From: Kiritimatiellia bacterium
GTDB taxonomy: Bacteria; Verrucomicrobiota; Kiritimatiellia; SLOV01
Reading direction: 5' to 3'
Assembly: GCA_963578625.1 (NCBI GenBank)
Contig: CAUZEO010000002.1
Location: 8,460 to 72,459, forward strand
Length of the DNA stretch: 64,000 bases
The translations under genes were made by a program, and so were the position numbers. Of this stretch, positions 10,201 through 17,985 are shown piece by piece. The stretch's first letter is position 1; each line of letters starts with the position of its first letter. Under the pieces are notes generated by a model. The model ran no database searches and was not told the DNA's origin. It saw only the letters and a list, made by a program, of their open reading frames with translations.

Positions 10201-10388
10201 CTCTCGATTTCCTCCGGCGCCATTCCGTGCCCCTCAGCGAAAATGGGCACCATGATCGGCGAAATGTCGGGGAAGGCATCCACCGGCATGCGCTGGTACT
10301 GATAGATTCCGGCCACCAAAAGGGCAATGATCGCGATCAGGACAAGCCCCGGCAGTCGAAGAGCGGATTCAGTGATCTTGTTTATCAT
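7284..10388 (-). CDS. czcA: CzcA/CusA-family heavy-metal efflux RND transporter
   Basis: 1034 aa of uninterrupted 12-TM RND architecture. N-terminus MINKITESALRLPGLVLIAII..VDAFPDISP is typical of the HME-RND family. CzcB and CzcC homologues lie immediately upstream. Confidence 0.9.
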   Translation of the reverse strand: MINKITESALRLPGLVLIAIIALLVAGIYQYQRMPVDAFPDISPIMVPIFAEGHGMAPEEIERLITYPIESAMNGLPGVTQIKSTSAFGMAVIYTYFKDSVDIYFARQLVSERLSSVIGELPQTDEPPGLGPISTGLGQIFMYYLTADPDKVDTGGKDLDTWLRELNDWVVKFQLQSVPGVTEILSMGGHVLQYQIRVNPNALLKYELTLEDLVDAVNANNRNVGGQFLVLGSEEHLVRGLGLVESLEDIRSIAVKQEDGRPVLLSAIAEVEYGNEIRRGVVTRNGETEVVAGLVLKLFGENTSEVIERLYVKVEEAKEALPEGVELHPYYEQAELIRNATMTVKRALLIGGLLVIGTLALFLGNFRTAFIVAMSLPICALVAILCMGAQGISANLMSLGGIAIAIGMLGDGAIVMVENLFRHLGERAGRDESKARVITEAAGEVNRPIVFSIAIIIIVFLPLFTLEGIEGKMFAPMAFTIAFALLGSLLVAIVVAPVLSLLLLKQESHKELWLVHALKALYKPMLRRAIRAKVLVVLASGAIFAGSLFVVPFLGSEFIPTLEEGSIQIGVTMAPSISLEKGTELIMEMEREIVKLGPVQEVISRIGRPEAGSHPHPVNVAEMHIELNPMKEWGSLRTKTDLVEALDEKLKDFPGIQVNFSQPIQALFGELLSGIRADLAIKLYGEDLEVLREKAEEIRGAIVDVRGLADVSTEQSFGQPQIQVIADREACARYGVSVSEIMEMVELAVGGEVIDNIYLNTRRFGIHLRFQEPFRSHPDAVRNVLVHTGKGAVIPLSQVAEVQQVTGPIQINREQNQRRWIVQGNVRGRDMGSVAADIQQLIEDEVDLPPGYTIEYGGQFENQQRAMRRLSIIVPTVIGLVFVMLWMSFGVARHALIIIVNVPLALIGGILGLLVTGQYLSVPASVGFIALFGIAVQNGMVLVTYFNDLRVRGRSVAQAVEEGALLRLRPVLMTAMTTVLGLMPLLLARGIGSDVQRPLATVVVFGLTTSTFLTLVVIPAVYAWVEGRREAVEM

Positions 10389-10402
10389 AAAAAGGTGTCC
10401 CG

Positions 10403-11764
10403 CTAATGCCCATGACCGGCATGTGCGTCAAAGGTGCTGGTGACGATTGTCGCCTTGAGCTCGAATGCGCCCTTGGCCACGTAGCGCATGCCGGGCTGAA
10501 GCCCCACCACGATTTCAACATGTTCGCGGTCGGTTCGCCCCGTCTCTACCGGGATCGATTCGAAGCTGCCGTTGTGCTCGACAAACACGACGGACTCGCC
10601 CTCGATGCTCTGTACCGCGTCTTTCGGTACGACAACGGCCGCATTCTGATCCGAGGAGCTGATCAATCCGGTAACGAACGTTCCTGGAATCCAACGACCA
10701 TCCGAGTTGTCCATGACAACGCGCGCAGTGGCGGTCCGTGTCGACTCCTCCACGAAAGGAGTTACCATAAAAACTTCTCCGCGCCCCTGCGCGCCGCCAT
10801 ACTCCGCATGAATTTCCACTGCTCCGCCTTTCCGAACGGTGGTTAGATTCTTGGTGTGGACGGCCAGGTTGATCCAGATGCTGCTCAAATCCACCAGGGT
10901 GAAAATATTCGAGGTGTCCTTGAGCGATTCGCCGAGGGAAATGTGCTTTTCCGTAACCATACCGTCGATGGGCGATCGAACCTCATATCGAGTCATGGCT
11001 TCGCCATTCTCGCCATCCACTCTCCGAACTGCATCCTCTGACAATCCGAGAGCATGGAGTTGGTGTTCAGCGGATCGTAGTTCAATTTTCGCTTCGGCCA
11101 GGGCCTGCTCGACATCCAGGAAATCCTGTTCCGAGGATATTTCCTGCTCGCGCAAAGCCGTTTCCCTCTGAAATTTCGTTTCCGCAAGGACTGCTCGTGC
11201 CTTCGCCGCGAGGAATTTTGCCTTGGCGTCAGCAATCTCCCTGCTGTCGATCACCGCCAACAGATCTCCTTTCGAAAGGTTCTCTCCGACCGATGCGGAA
11301 ACCTGCCGCACGATCCCCGACACCCGGGGCACCATGTGGACCACGTGGTCCTCATTAAATACGACCTCGCCAGGGAGGTTCACCTCGCTCCGGAGAATGC
11401 CCGCACCGGCGCGCCGGACCTTAATTCCGAACCGTTTCAGTTGCTTATCCGAGAGACGCAAGCCCTCGCCCTCATGATCGCCATGGCCATGGTCATCATG
11501 ATCCTCATCTTCGGCACCTTCGCCGTCCGCGTGCGCGCTATGATCAGACCCTTCGTGATCATCTTCTTCTTCGGCATGATCGTCATCCGTATGCGCATCA
11601 TGATCGTGCCCTTCGTGATCATCATGTCCATCGCCCCGCGCATTCCGATTGGGTTCTTCCGCAAATGCATCGCCGGCAGGGATCCTGGCGGGCCACATCT
11701 CAACGCCCAGGATCAGCATCGCTGCGAGTAATAGCGGGACAAAATTTCGTATCTTGAACTCCAT
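10403..11764 (-). CDS. czcB: RND efflux periplasmic adaptor (CzcB-like) with His/Asp-rich N-terminal extension
   Basis: 453 aa with signal/TM, then residues 44-101 GDGHDDHEGHDHDAHTDDDH...HDDHGHGDHEGEG (nt 11462-11635). A membrane-fusion-protein body follows (coiled-coil hairpin, beta-barrel). Confidence 0.85.
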   Translation of the reverse strand: MEFKIRNFVPLLLAAMLILGVEMWPARIPAGDAFAEEPNRNARGDGHDDHEGHDHDAHTDDDHAEEEDDHEGSDHSAHADGEGAEDEDHDDHGHGDHEGEGLRLSDKQLKRFGIKVRRAGAGILRSEVNLPGEVVFNEDHVVHMVPRVSGIVRQVSASVGENLSKGDLLAVIDSREIADAKAKFLAAKARAVLAETKFQRETALREQEISSEQDFLDVEQALAEAKIELRSAEHQLHALGLSEDAVRRVDGENGEAMTRYEVRSPIDGMVTEKHISLGESLKDTSNIFTLVDLSSIWINLAVHTKNLTTVRKGGAVEIHAEYGGAQGRGEVFMVTPFVEESTRTATARVVMDNSDGRWIPGTFVTGLISSSDQNAAVVVPKDAVQSIEGESVVFVEHNGSFESIPVETGRTDREHVEIVVGLQPGMRYVAKGAFELKATIVTSTFDAHAGHGH

Positions 11765-11766
11765 GA

Positions 11767-13155
11767 TTAGTCCTCCGTAGAAGCGTTGATTAAATTCTCG
11801 ATTCCGGTAGCGGTTACACTTTCGAGTTCGATAACGGCAGTGTGATATTCGGTAAGGGCGTCCAGAAGGCTTTGCTCGGCATGAATCAGGCTTCGCTGGG
11901 CATCGAGGACGTCCATATAACCGAATTTACCCTGCCGGTATCCCTCCTGGGCCGCACTGAATGCAGCATTCATGGTCGGTAAAATTTTCCGTCGCAAGGC
12001 GGTAACTTTTGATAATGCTGCACGGAGCCGGGCGTGCGTGGCATCGGCTTCAACTGCAAGCGAAGCGTGGATCGATCTGCGCTCACTACCTGACCGCGCC
12101 AATTCATTTCCGGCCGCGGCAATTCCCCCTTGGTTCCGGTCGAATACAGGCAACGGCACGGCAATCCCGAATTTTATCGAATCCGTGTTATTCTCCTCAG
12201 ACTGCTGATAGCCCACGAACGCTTCAAGATCAGGAATTCGCGCCGCCTTTTCCGCCGCCAATGCAATTTCTCTGAGTCTCCGTTCAGCGTCCAGGCGTGC
12301 CAGTTCCGGATTCTGTTGCACATGTGATCGCACGACTTGCAGGGACGGAACGGAAGAATGGATTTTGTCCAGATCACCTTCCAACAACTGGAAACTCACC
12401 TGTGATACTCCCCACATTGAGACCAATCCGCTTTGCGCGGTCTTGACGTCATTTTGCGCCTCGACTACAGCCAGGCGCGACAGTTCCAACTCTCCGGCCG
12501 CCTTCTTTTCCTGGAGCGGCGGCTCTTTCCCTGCTTTCACCCGTGCTTCAACTGCGCGCGACATCTCCTCCCCCAACGCGACAGCCGATTCGGCAAGCTC
12601 AAGCCGGCGCTGTGCCGCCTCCGCCGCGATGAAACGGCGTGCCGTTTCGGTAAAAACTTCCAGGCGGACACGTTCATAGTCCCACCCCGCTAGATTTCCT
12701 TCTGCTTCGGCCATCTGCTTACGCAACCGCCGCTTTCCACCCAACTCGAATAACTGACCCAGAGAAATACTCGTTTCCGCGGAGTCAAAGCCCAAACCTC
12801 CCCGATCGTATTCTTCGAGCTCGAGTTCGAGCTCAGGGTTGGAAAACACGCTTGCCTGGAGCAGGCGAGCTTCAGAGGCCCTGACATCCAGGGAAAACGC
12901 TTCCAACTCCGGATTGTGCAGAAGCGAGAGAGACAGCGCTTGATTCAGATCAACCGGCCCGGCTAAACGTTCCGGAACCGGCTCGACGAATCCAATCTCG
13001 CCCACGGAGTCCGGCCCGATGGTTCTATACGCGGCTCCCAAAGGGCGAGGCTCAGGTACCATTGAGACCCCGCGCTGCGAGGCGCAGCCGGCGAGGAGCC
13101 CCACGACCAGCACGCAAATCGAAACTCTACAGATCAGTTCAAATTTCAAGTACAT
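11767..13155 (-). CDS. czcC: TolC-family outer membrane efflux protein (CzcC-like lipoprotein)
   Basis: 462 aa with lipobox VVGLLAGCAS and two OEP repeats. Its stop lies 2 nt before the czcB start. Confidence 0.85.
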   Translation of the reverse strand: MYLKFELICRVSICVLVVGLLAGCASQRGVSMVPEPRPLGAAYRTIGPDSVGEIGFVEPVPERLAGPVDLNQALSLSLLHNPELEAFSLDVRASEARLLQASVFSNPELELELEEYDRGGLGFDSAETSISLGQLFELGGKRRLRKQMAEAEGNLAGWDYERVRLEVFTETARRFIAAEAAQRRLELAESAVALGEEMSRAVEARVKAGKEPPLQEKKAAGELELSRLAVVEAQNDVKTAQSGLVSMWGVSQVSFQLLEGDLDKIHSSVPSLQVVRSHVQQNPELARLDAERRLREIALAAEKAARIPDLEAFVGYQQSEENNTDSIKFGIAVPLPVFDRNQGGIAAAGNELARSGSERRSIHASLAVEADATHARLRAALSKVTALRRKILPTMNAAFSAAQEGYRQGKFGYMDVLDAQRSLIHAEQSLLDALTEYHTAVIELESVTATGIENLINASTED

Positions 13156-13257
13156 TTACTTCTCGAAGGATTGAATTCAGATCGAAGCGGTAACTTCGAA
13201 TGCGAAAGACAAAAGGAAGGCGCGAAGAACGACTGGCGCACGCGAGGAAGGGGAATC

Positions 13258-13674
13258 CTACAGCCGAAGATTGACCACTAAGGGGTCAAAATCTAGAGGA
13301 GGAGATTCCAGGGAAACAGATGTGCATTGAAGACTTCGAGTGCGCACACCGGCAATCACCGTGAAATCCGAAAACGAAAGATTCACGAAGGTCCTGCTGT
13401 AATAGGGTTTGCAGGAAATCTCCTGATTCGAATGGTTCATAAAATGGTGCGAATGGGCGTGGTCGAACACGCATTGGTGCGATTCATTATGGTGGTCATG
13501 CTCCGCTTCCGAGTTTGAGCAATCAGGGTCCAGGAACCCTGACGAGCAACCAATCGAAGCCCCCTCTGTAGCGTGAGGGCACAGAAGCAACAGGAAAACT
13601 GCCAAAACGGTTGGTCCGGTGCCCCAAATACGGAACCCAGATCTGCTTTTATTCCGCATATTGAGATTAACCAT
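13258..13674 (-). CDS. secreted Cys/His-rich hypothetical protein upstream of czcC
   Basis: Start moved to the internal ATG at 13674: MVNLNMRNKSRSGFRIWGTGPTVLAVFLLLLCPHATEGA (signal), then SEAEHDHHNESHQCVFDHAHSHHFMNH. Sits 100 nt upstream of czcC on the same strand. No family recognised. Confidence 0.45.
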   Translation of the reverse strand: MVNLNMRNKSRSGFRIWGTGPTVLAVFLLLLCPHATEGASIGCSSGFLDPDCSNSEAEHDHHNESHQCVFDHAHSHHFMNHSNQEISCKPYYSRTFVNLSFSDFTVIAGVRTRSLQCTSVSLESPPLDFDPLVVNLRL

Positions 13675-13940
13675 ACTTTCTGCGGTCCGACTTGCAAGTG
13701 CGAAATCCTGAATCTGCAACTCGAGTCGAATCTCTCCGCGACAGCTGTAACCAACGCTAGTCCCGTGCCAACTTCGAATACGATGACATCTATTCACTCA
13801 TCAATTCATCCCGTAAACCACGATGTATTGTCTCGCTACCGACACCCGGCGGCGGGGCGAGCGACTGAGTCAACTCTGCGCAATTCAACGTACTGGTTGT
13901 CCTGGCTCCCAGGGAGGATGGGCGACCCGATGCATGAAGT

Positions 13941-14028
<88 letters not shown>

Positions 14029-14157
14029 ATATTCGATTATTTACTTGTATAATAGCAAATTTATGACAATCGCACTGCCGACGATTAGCTCAGAAATGCC
14101 AGATGTAACGGGTTGTGTCACAGATTCTTCCAACAGTTATCAACCAAAGGTAACACC

Positions 14158-14469
14158 ATGCCGACCAGGAACGCTAGTAAGTACAGGGGAGTTACGATCA
14201 GGAGACGAACCAATTCCTGGCAAGTGGATTTTGGAACTACGAATGGCAAGCGGGTCCAGAGATCCTACCCGACCAAGCAGGACGCAAAGGAGGCGATTGA
14301 CGACCACCTTGAGCACTTTATCAAGTCCCTATCCCCCTTCGACAACAGGATCTCAATTCAAGAGAAAATTGAAGTAAACAGCAAATTGCGGAACGCTCGT
14401 CCCCTTCTTTCGCGCACGCGGCACGGTTTTCGTAGAGGCCGTGTTACGGAAATCTACGGTGACTTCTAG
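14158..14469 (+). CDS. AP2-like DNA-binding protein, possibly the N-terminal arm-binding remnant of a tyrosine integrase
   Basis: Start taken at ATG 14158. MPTRNASKYRGVTIRRRTNSWQVDFGTTNGKRVQRSYPTKQDAKEAIDDH fits the AP2 / integrase-AP2 pattern (YRGV..W.a....GK....f.T..eA). No recombinase catalytic domain follows. Adjacent to the tRNA. Confidence 0.5.
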   Translation: MPTRNASKYRGVTIRRRTNSWQVDFGTTNGKRVQRSYPTKQDAKEAIDDHLEHFIKSLSPFDNRISIQEKIEVNSKLRNARPLLSRTRHGFRRGRVTEIYGDF

Positions 14470-14479
14470 CTGCCTCTCG

Positions 14480-14617
14480 TTAGAGACCCGCCTTTGTGGA
14501 CAGATCCTCCAGCTTGCACCGCAGCGCCTTCACCAACCGGACAAGGCTGTCGATCGTGATGTTCTGCTCCCCACGCTCGATCTGGCCAATGTAGTTTCGG
14601 TGTACATCCGCGGAGGA
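14480..14617 (-). pseudogene. XRE-family HTH regulator, C-terminal remnant only
   Basis: Hand translation: (TGA)-SSADVHRNYIGQIERGEQNITIDSLVRLVKALRCKLEDLSTKAGL-stop. This is the second half of a Cro/C1-type HTH (..YI..IERGE.N.t...L..l..AL). There is no start and no first helix. Confidence 0.5.
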
Positions 14618-14815
14618 TCATGGATTCCCTTATAGACTTATCCTCTTTGTCACTCCATAATTCAATCAACAGCTCGCAGGGCAATGATCACACGGAGTGC
14701 TCGGGAGGATTACGGTACACTTACCAATACCCGCGATTGACAAACTTCGCGATGGCGATTCTGATTGAATCAGAGTGCTTTCCCGCTCGTTGGAACAAGA
14801 AAGCAAACTTTTATC

Positions 14816-15931
14816 ATGAAGCTTCATCTACATAGAAGATGCGTTGTATGGGTCGTGCTTCTGATTGCACAACTGGATTCATCTGGAGCGATCGATTCGT
14901 CTCAGGTTCTCAAGTCGCTTGTATTAATCGAGACCGAAACGAATGCGGGTAAAACATCGGGGACCGGTTTCTTCCTGCGCGATCAAGATGAAGTCTATCT
15001 CGTAACAAATCAACACATCATATTCGGCGCACGCGAAGCCAAATTCTATTCCATATTCGGCACCGAGCCGAAATTGCGTTCGTTCGAGTTTTCATTACAC
15101 CAGGACTTAGTCCGCTTCCATGTGGCCAGTGAGCACCTTGATCCGCGAATCGTCCCATTATCACTCGTTGGCGGTTCGATAGCCATAAATGATCCCGTTA
15201 CCGTTTACGGCAATAGCGAGGGTGGAAAAGTGGCAACAGAAATCAAGGGGAAGATACTTGGAGTGGGGCCAGACGTTATTGAGACCGATGCTGGTTTCGT
15301 TTCTGGAAATAGCGGAAGCCCGGTGCTGAACAAAGATGGTCAAGTTGTCGCCGTAGCAACATATGCCATCCATCCAGAATTTGATGACTGGATTAAAAAA
15401 GGGACACGCTTTGAGAATGTGCGCAGGTTCGGCGTAAGAGTTGCTGGGCAGGACTGGCAGAAGGTCTCTCCTAATTCATATCTAAAGGCCACCAGAGAGA
15501 TCGCTGATATTCAGAAATTTCTTAATGAAGTTGAGCACATTATATTTGGATCGCTGAATAAAGATTCGATTGCCATTGAGACAACCAATTTTATCGAGGG
15601 GTACAAATTAGACATAGGGCTAAAGAGGTACAGTGATCCTGAGTGGGCGCAGCGAGTTGAAAATTTTTGTCGTATGTTTATTTTCGAGGAGAGAAAACTT
15701 TTCCCAGATAGATATGGAACAAAATTTAGCGAGAGTAGTAAGCGTCGCGTCCTTAGGCGATCAGGGACACGACTCAAGAATATGATCGCAGCCGCTCAAA
15801 AATCGCTTCGCGATCTGCGGATGCCGGGTAAGTACTTGCAAGGACGTGTCACCGAAGTAAATGAACATGCCGAAATACTGAAAAAGTACGTAGCGCATAC
15901 TGCCTTCTTTCGATTCGCGGAACAGCAGTAA
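14816..15931 (+). CDS. secreted or membrane-anchored trypsin-like serine protease with an uncharacterised C-terminal domain of about 170 aa
   Basis: Start at ATG 14816 (MKLHLHRRCVVWVVLLIAQL signal/anchor). Catalytic His in LVTNQHII, Asp in HQDLVRF, Ser in GNSGSPVL. I could not assign the last 170 aa or so to any family. Confidence 0.7.
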   Translation: MKLHLHRRCVVWVVLLIAQLDSSGAIDSSQVLKSLVLIETETNAGKTSGTGFFLRDQDEVYLVTNQHIIFGAREAKFYSIFGTEPKLRSFEFSLHQDLVRFHVASEHLDPRIVPLSLVGGSIAINDPVTVYGNSEGGKVATEIKGKILGVGPDVIETDAGFVSGNSGSPVLNKDGQVVAVATYAIHPEFDDWIKKGTRFENVRRFGVRVAGQDWQKVSPNSYLKATREIADIQKFLNEVEHIIFGSLNKDSIAIETTNFIEGYKLDIGLKRYSDPEWAQRVENFCRMFIFEERKLFPDRYGTKFSESSKRRVLRRSGTRLKNMIAAAQKSLRDLRMPGKYLQGRVTEVNEHAEILKKYVAHTAFFRFAEQQ

Positions 15932-15953
15932 TGCGGACGAGGCGGGAACCGAC

Positions 15954-16211
15954 ATGACGGATCCCAGCAGCCTTTTCGCCTTGGATGTTGGGACTGCGGA
16001 GCCGGGCACGGACGCCGTCGTCGTATCCTGGGATACGGTTGGGGGGAGGGTCTACACCCTGAAACACACCACCAATCTCCTTAATGTGGGAAGTAGCAGT
16101 GTTCCGGGATTCGTAAATGAGCCCGGATCGGGCGGCGAAATGAGCTACACTAACCTGGCCCCTACCGGTGTCGATTTTCACTGGGTTATCGTCGAACGTC
16201 CTGGAGAGTAG
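15954..16211 (+). pseudogene. C-terminal fragment of a larger secreted protein
   Basis: ..AVVVSWDTVGGRVYTLKHTTNL...GVDFHWVIVERP resembles the terminal beta-sandwich module (..W.s..G..Y.l..s..L... FYRV.v) that ends many large PVC surface proteins. Only 85 aa are present. Confidence 0.25.
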
Positions 16212-16512
16212 AAAATCCTGCGCAGGACACTGACGGCTCTCGAGTCGCCGAAGTCCGAATCAACCGAGTATTCAAGGGGTCACGCCGCACTCAGGGACCG
16301 ATATTGATGGGACCCGGTGCGATCCATCCCGACCCCCTCCCTATCCGGCATCATCGAAGTGTCATTGATGCAAAAAGTGTAACTCATTTGTAACGTGTTG
16401 AAGCGCCCGTATGGGTCGATAATGCCCTCATGCGTCCGATTGGACAATCTGGCAATATAGTGCGGCCGACGTAATTAGAGCAAATGGAACGGGTTACGAA
16501 ACACGCAGATGT

Positions 16513-16553
16513 GGTTTTCAAAACCGGTGCATTCGTCCACTCTGCCACCCTCC
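16513..16553 (-). repeat. partial copy of tRNA-Ser, 5' half (positions 1 to about 41)
   Basis: ggttttcaaaaccggtgcattcgtccactctgccaccctcc compared with 13987-14028 ggttttcaagaccggtgcattcgtccactctgccacccctcc. One substitution (C32T in the anticodon loop) and one G missing from the acceptor run. Similarity ends inside the 3' anticodon stem. Confidence 0.8.
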
Positions 16554-16733
16554 TTCGTAATATTTTTTGACTTTCTTAAGTTTTTCTAACTCTTGGATTG
16601 ATTTTTCACGCACATCACGGTGAATAGCGAGGTGCAAAATGGCCAAAAGATCGACGAAATCCTCTGTGAAACACCGCCCCACGATACGCCAGCGAACCGT
16701 CAAATACAAAGCCAAAGCCGACCCATCGGCTAT

Positions 16734-17462
16734 TCAGAATAGCTCTGCGATCTTCACCGTCGATCTCGGCAAGGTTGATGGTAGACAGCTTGCGACGCGG
16801 ATTTCCCGTCCCCATTTGTCTAACTCAATGTCGCAATGTTTGCAGGAGAATCCACCCCACAAGGCCATATTCTTGCTCTTGGGCCAACGTATTTTGGGAA
16901 AGACTTTCCGCACTGCGGGCAAAAACGATCCGGGATGCTTACTCCATGTCCGCACTCGGGTTGGTTCAATCGTTCGAGTTTGTCCGTCCGCCTTGATTCG
17001 ATAGTGCCCAGTGATGGGAAACTCAAACAGTCGGTCTTCCTCTTGGACTCCACCGCCGATGTCGTGGATTACAAACGGAACGCGAGTTGTTGTCCTCCTG
17101 TCGCTCACAATCATGATATGAGGTCGGTTGCCAGCGACCGTGCAGGTAACAAGATCTCCCGGCAGGTAATCCGCTGGCTTCTGGCTCAAGCTCACGGAAT
17201 ACCCGCGGCGTTCGAAATAGGTTTTTAAATTGGGCACACGCCGGTGGTCGATGTTTCGGTCCGGCCTCTTCAGTCCCCATATCGTCGGGTACTGAGAAAA
17301 TCCCCTATTCATGTCTTCATGAACGAGCCTTTGCAGGTCCACATTTAGAGCTTCGCGCAAGGCGCGTACGACAACGTCAGTACACACCCCTCGTTCGATC
17401 GGCAAGGTTGCACTGCTGTCTACTTGGCGCAGACTTTCTGCTCCGTCGTCAAATCGAACGAT
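16734..17462 (-). pseudogene. DUF1287-family gene lacking its 5' end, with an aberrant C-terminal extension
   Basis: ..ERGVCTDVVVRALREALNVDLQRLVHEDMNRGFSQYPTIWGLKRPDRNIDHRRVPNL..PGDLV..HIMIVSD..FVIHDIGGGVQEEDRLFEFPITGHYR is the DUF1287 core. The frame opens after a TGA at 17465-17463 with only a TTG as candidate start and no signal peptide. About 80 extra residues follow HYR. Confidence 0.6.
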
Positions 17463-17492
17463 TCAGATAACGTCAAGGTCCTCCGGCGCACG

Positions 17493-17985
17493 TCAGTGCG
17501 TCCGCGAGCGGCCTCTAATGGTGAGATCGAAGGACCCGTCAACGCGGCGAAACTCGTCGTGCTTCAAGGCATTCGGTCCGTCGATGCTGAAGGCCAACTG
17601 GTCGATGCCCGCATCCTTGATCGAGCGGATGCGATCAAGGGTAAGACACGGCGTGCCGGCGGGAATGGTTCCCATTCGCAGGCCCACGCTCTTGCCGTGC
17701 ATGATCAGCGCCTCGAGATCGTCCCGTTGGATGGGATCCCCCCGGTGAGGACCACGATGGGCGTCCCCATCGCCTTGATTCGATCCAGAAGTTGCTTTCC
17801 TTCCGGCAGAGTCCGTTCGCAGGGATCCAGCCAATGATGGCGGCGGCGTGGCAGTGCTGGCAGGCCAGTTCACAGGAGCGGGTGACTGCCCAGATCACCC
17901 GCAATGGGACCTGGGCGAAATCGACCGAAAAGCTCATGGACCGGCGTTTGCCGACACCGACGGGGGGATGGCCAGGGTGATTCAT
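17493..17985 (-). pseudogene. radical SAM enzyme (AhbD/NirJ-like), two frame breaks and 3' truncation
   Basis: ATG 17985 overlaps the hemY stop (ATGA). The CxxxCxxC motif is TRSCELACQHC. The sequence continues only by switching frames: WLDPCERTLPEGKQLLDRIKAMGTPIVVLTGG, then DPIQRDDLEALIMHGKSVGLRMGTIPAGTP..AGIDQLAFSIDGPNALKHDEFRRVDGSFDLTIRG. It stops at about 165 aa with no C-terminal/SPASM half. Confidence 0.65.

Noticed and set aside
11462-11635. Repetitive-looking DNA (catgatc / cttcgtgatc strings) that could be mistaken for a tandem repeat or degenerate array.
   Set aside because: It is fully explained by the His/Asp/Glu-rich coding extension of CzcB.
16216-16227. Perfect 12-bp palindrome TCCTGCGCAGGA just after the 15954-16211 fragment.
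   Set aside because: It is too short, has no loop and is isolated. Such a palindrome is likely by chance in 64 kb.
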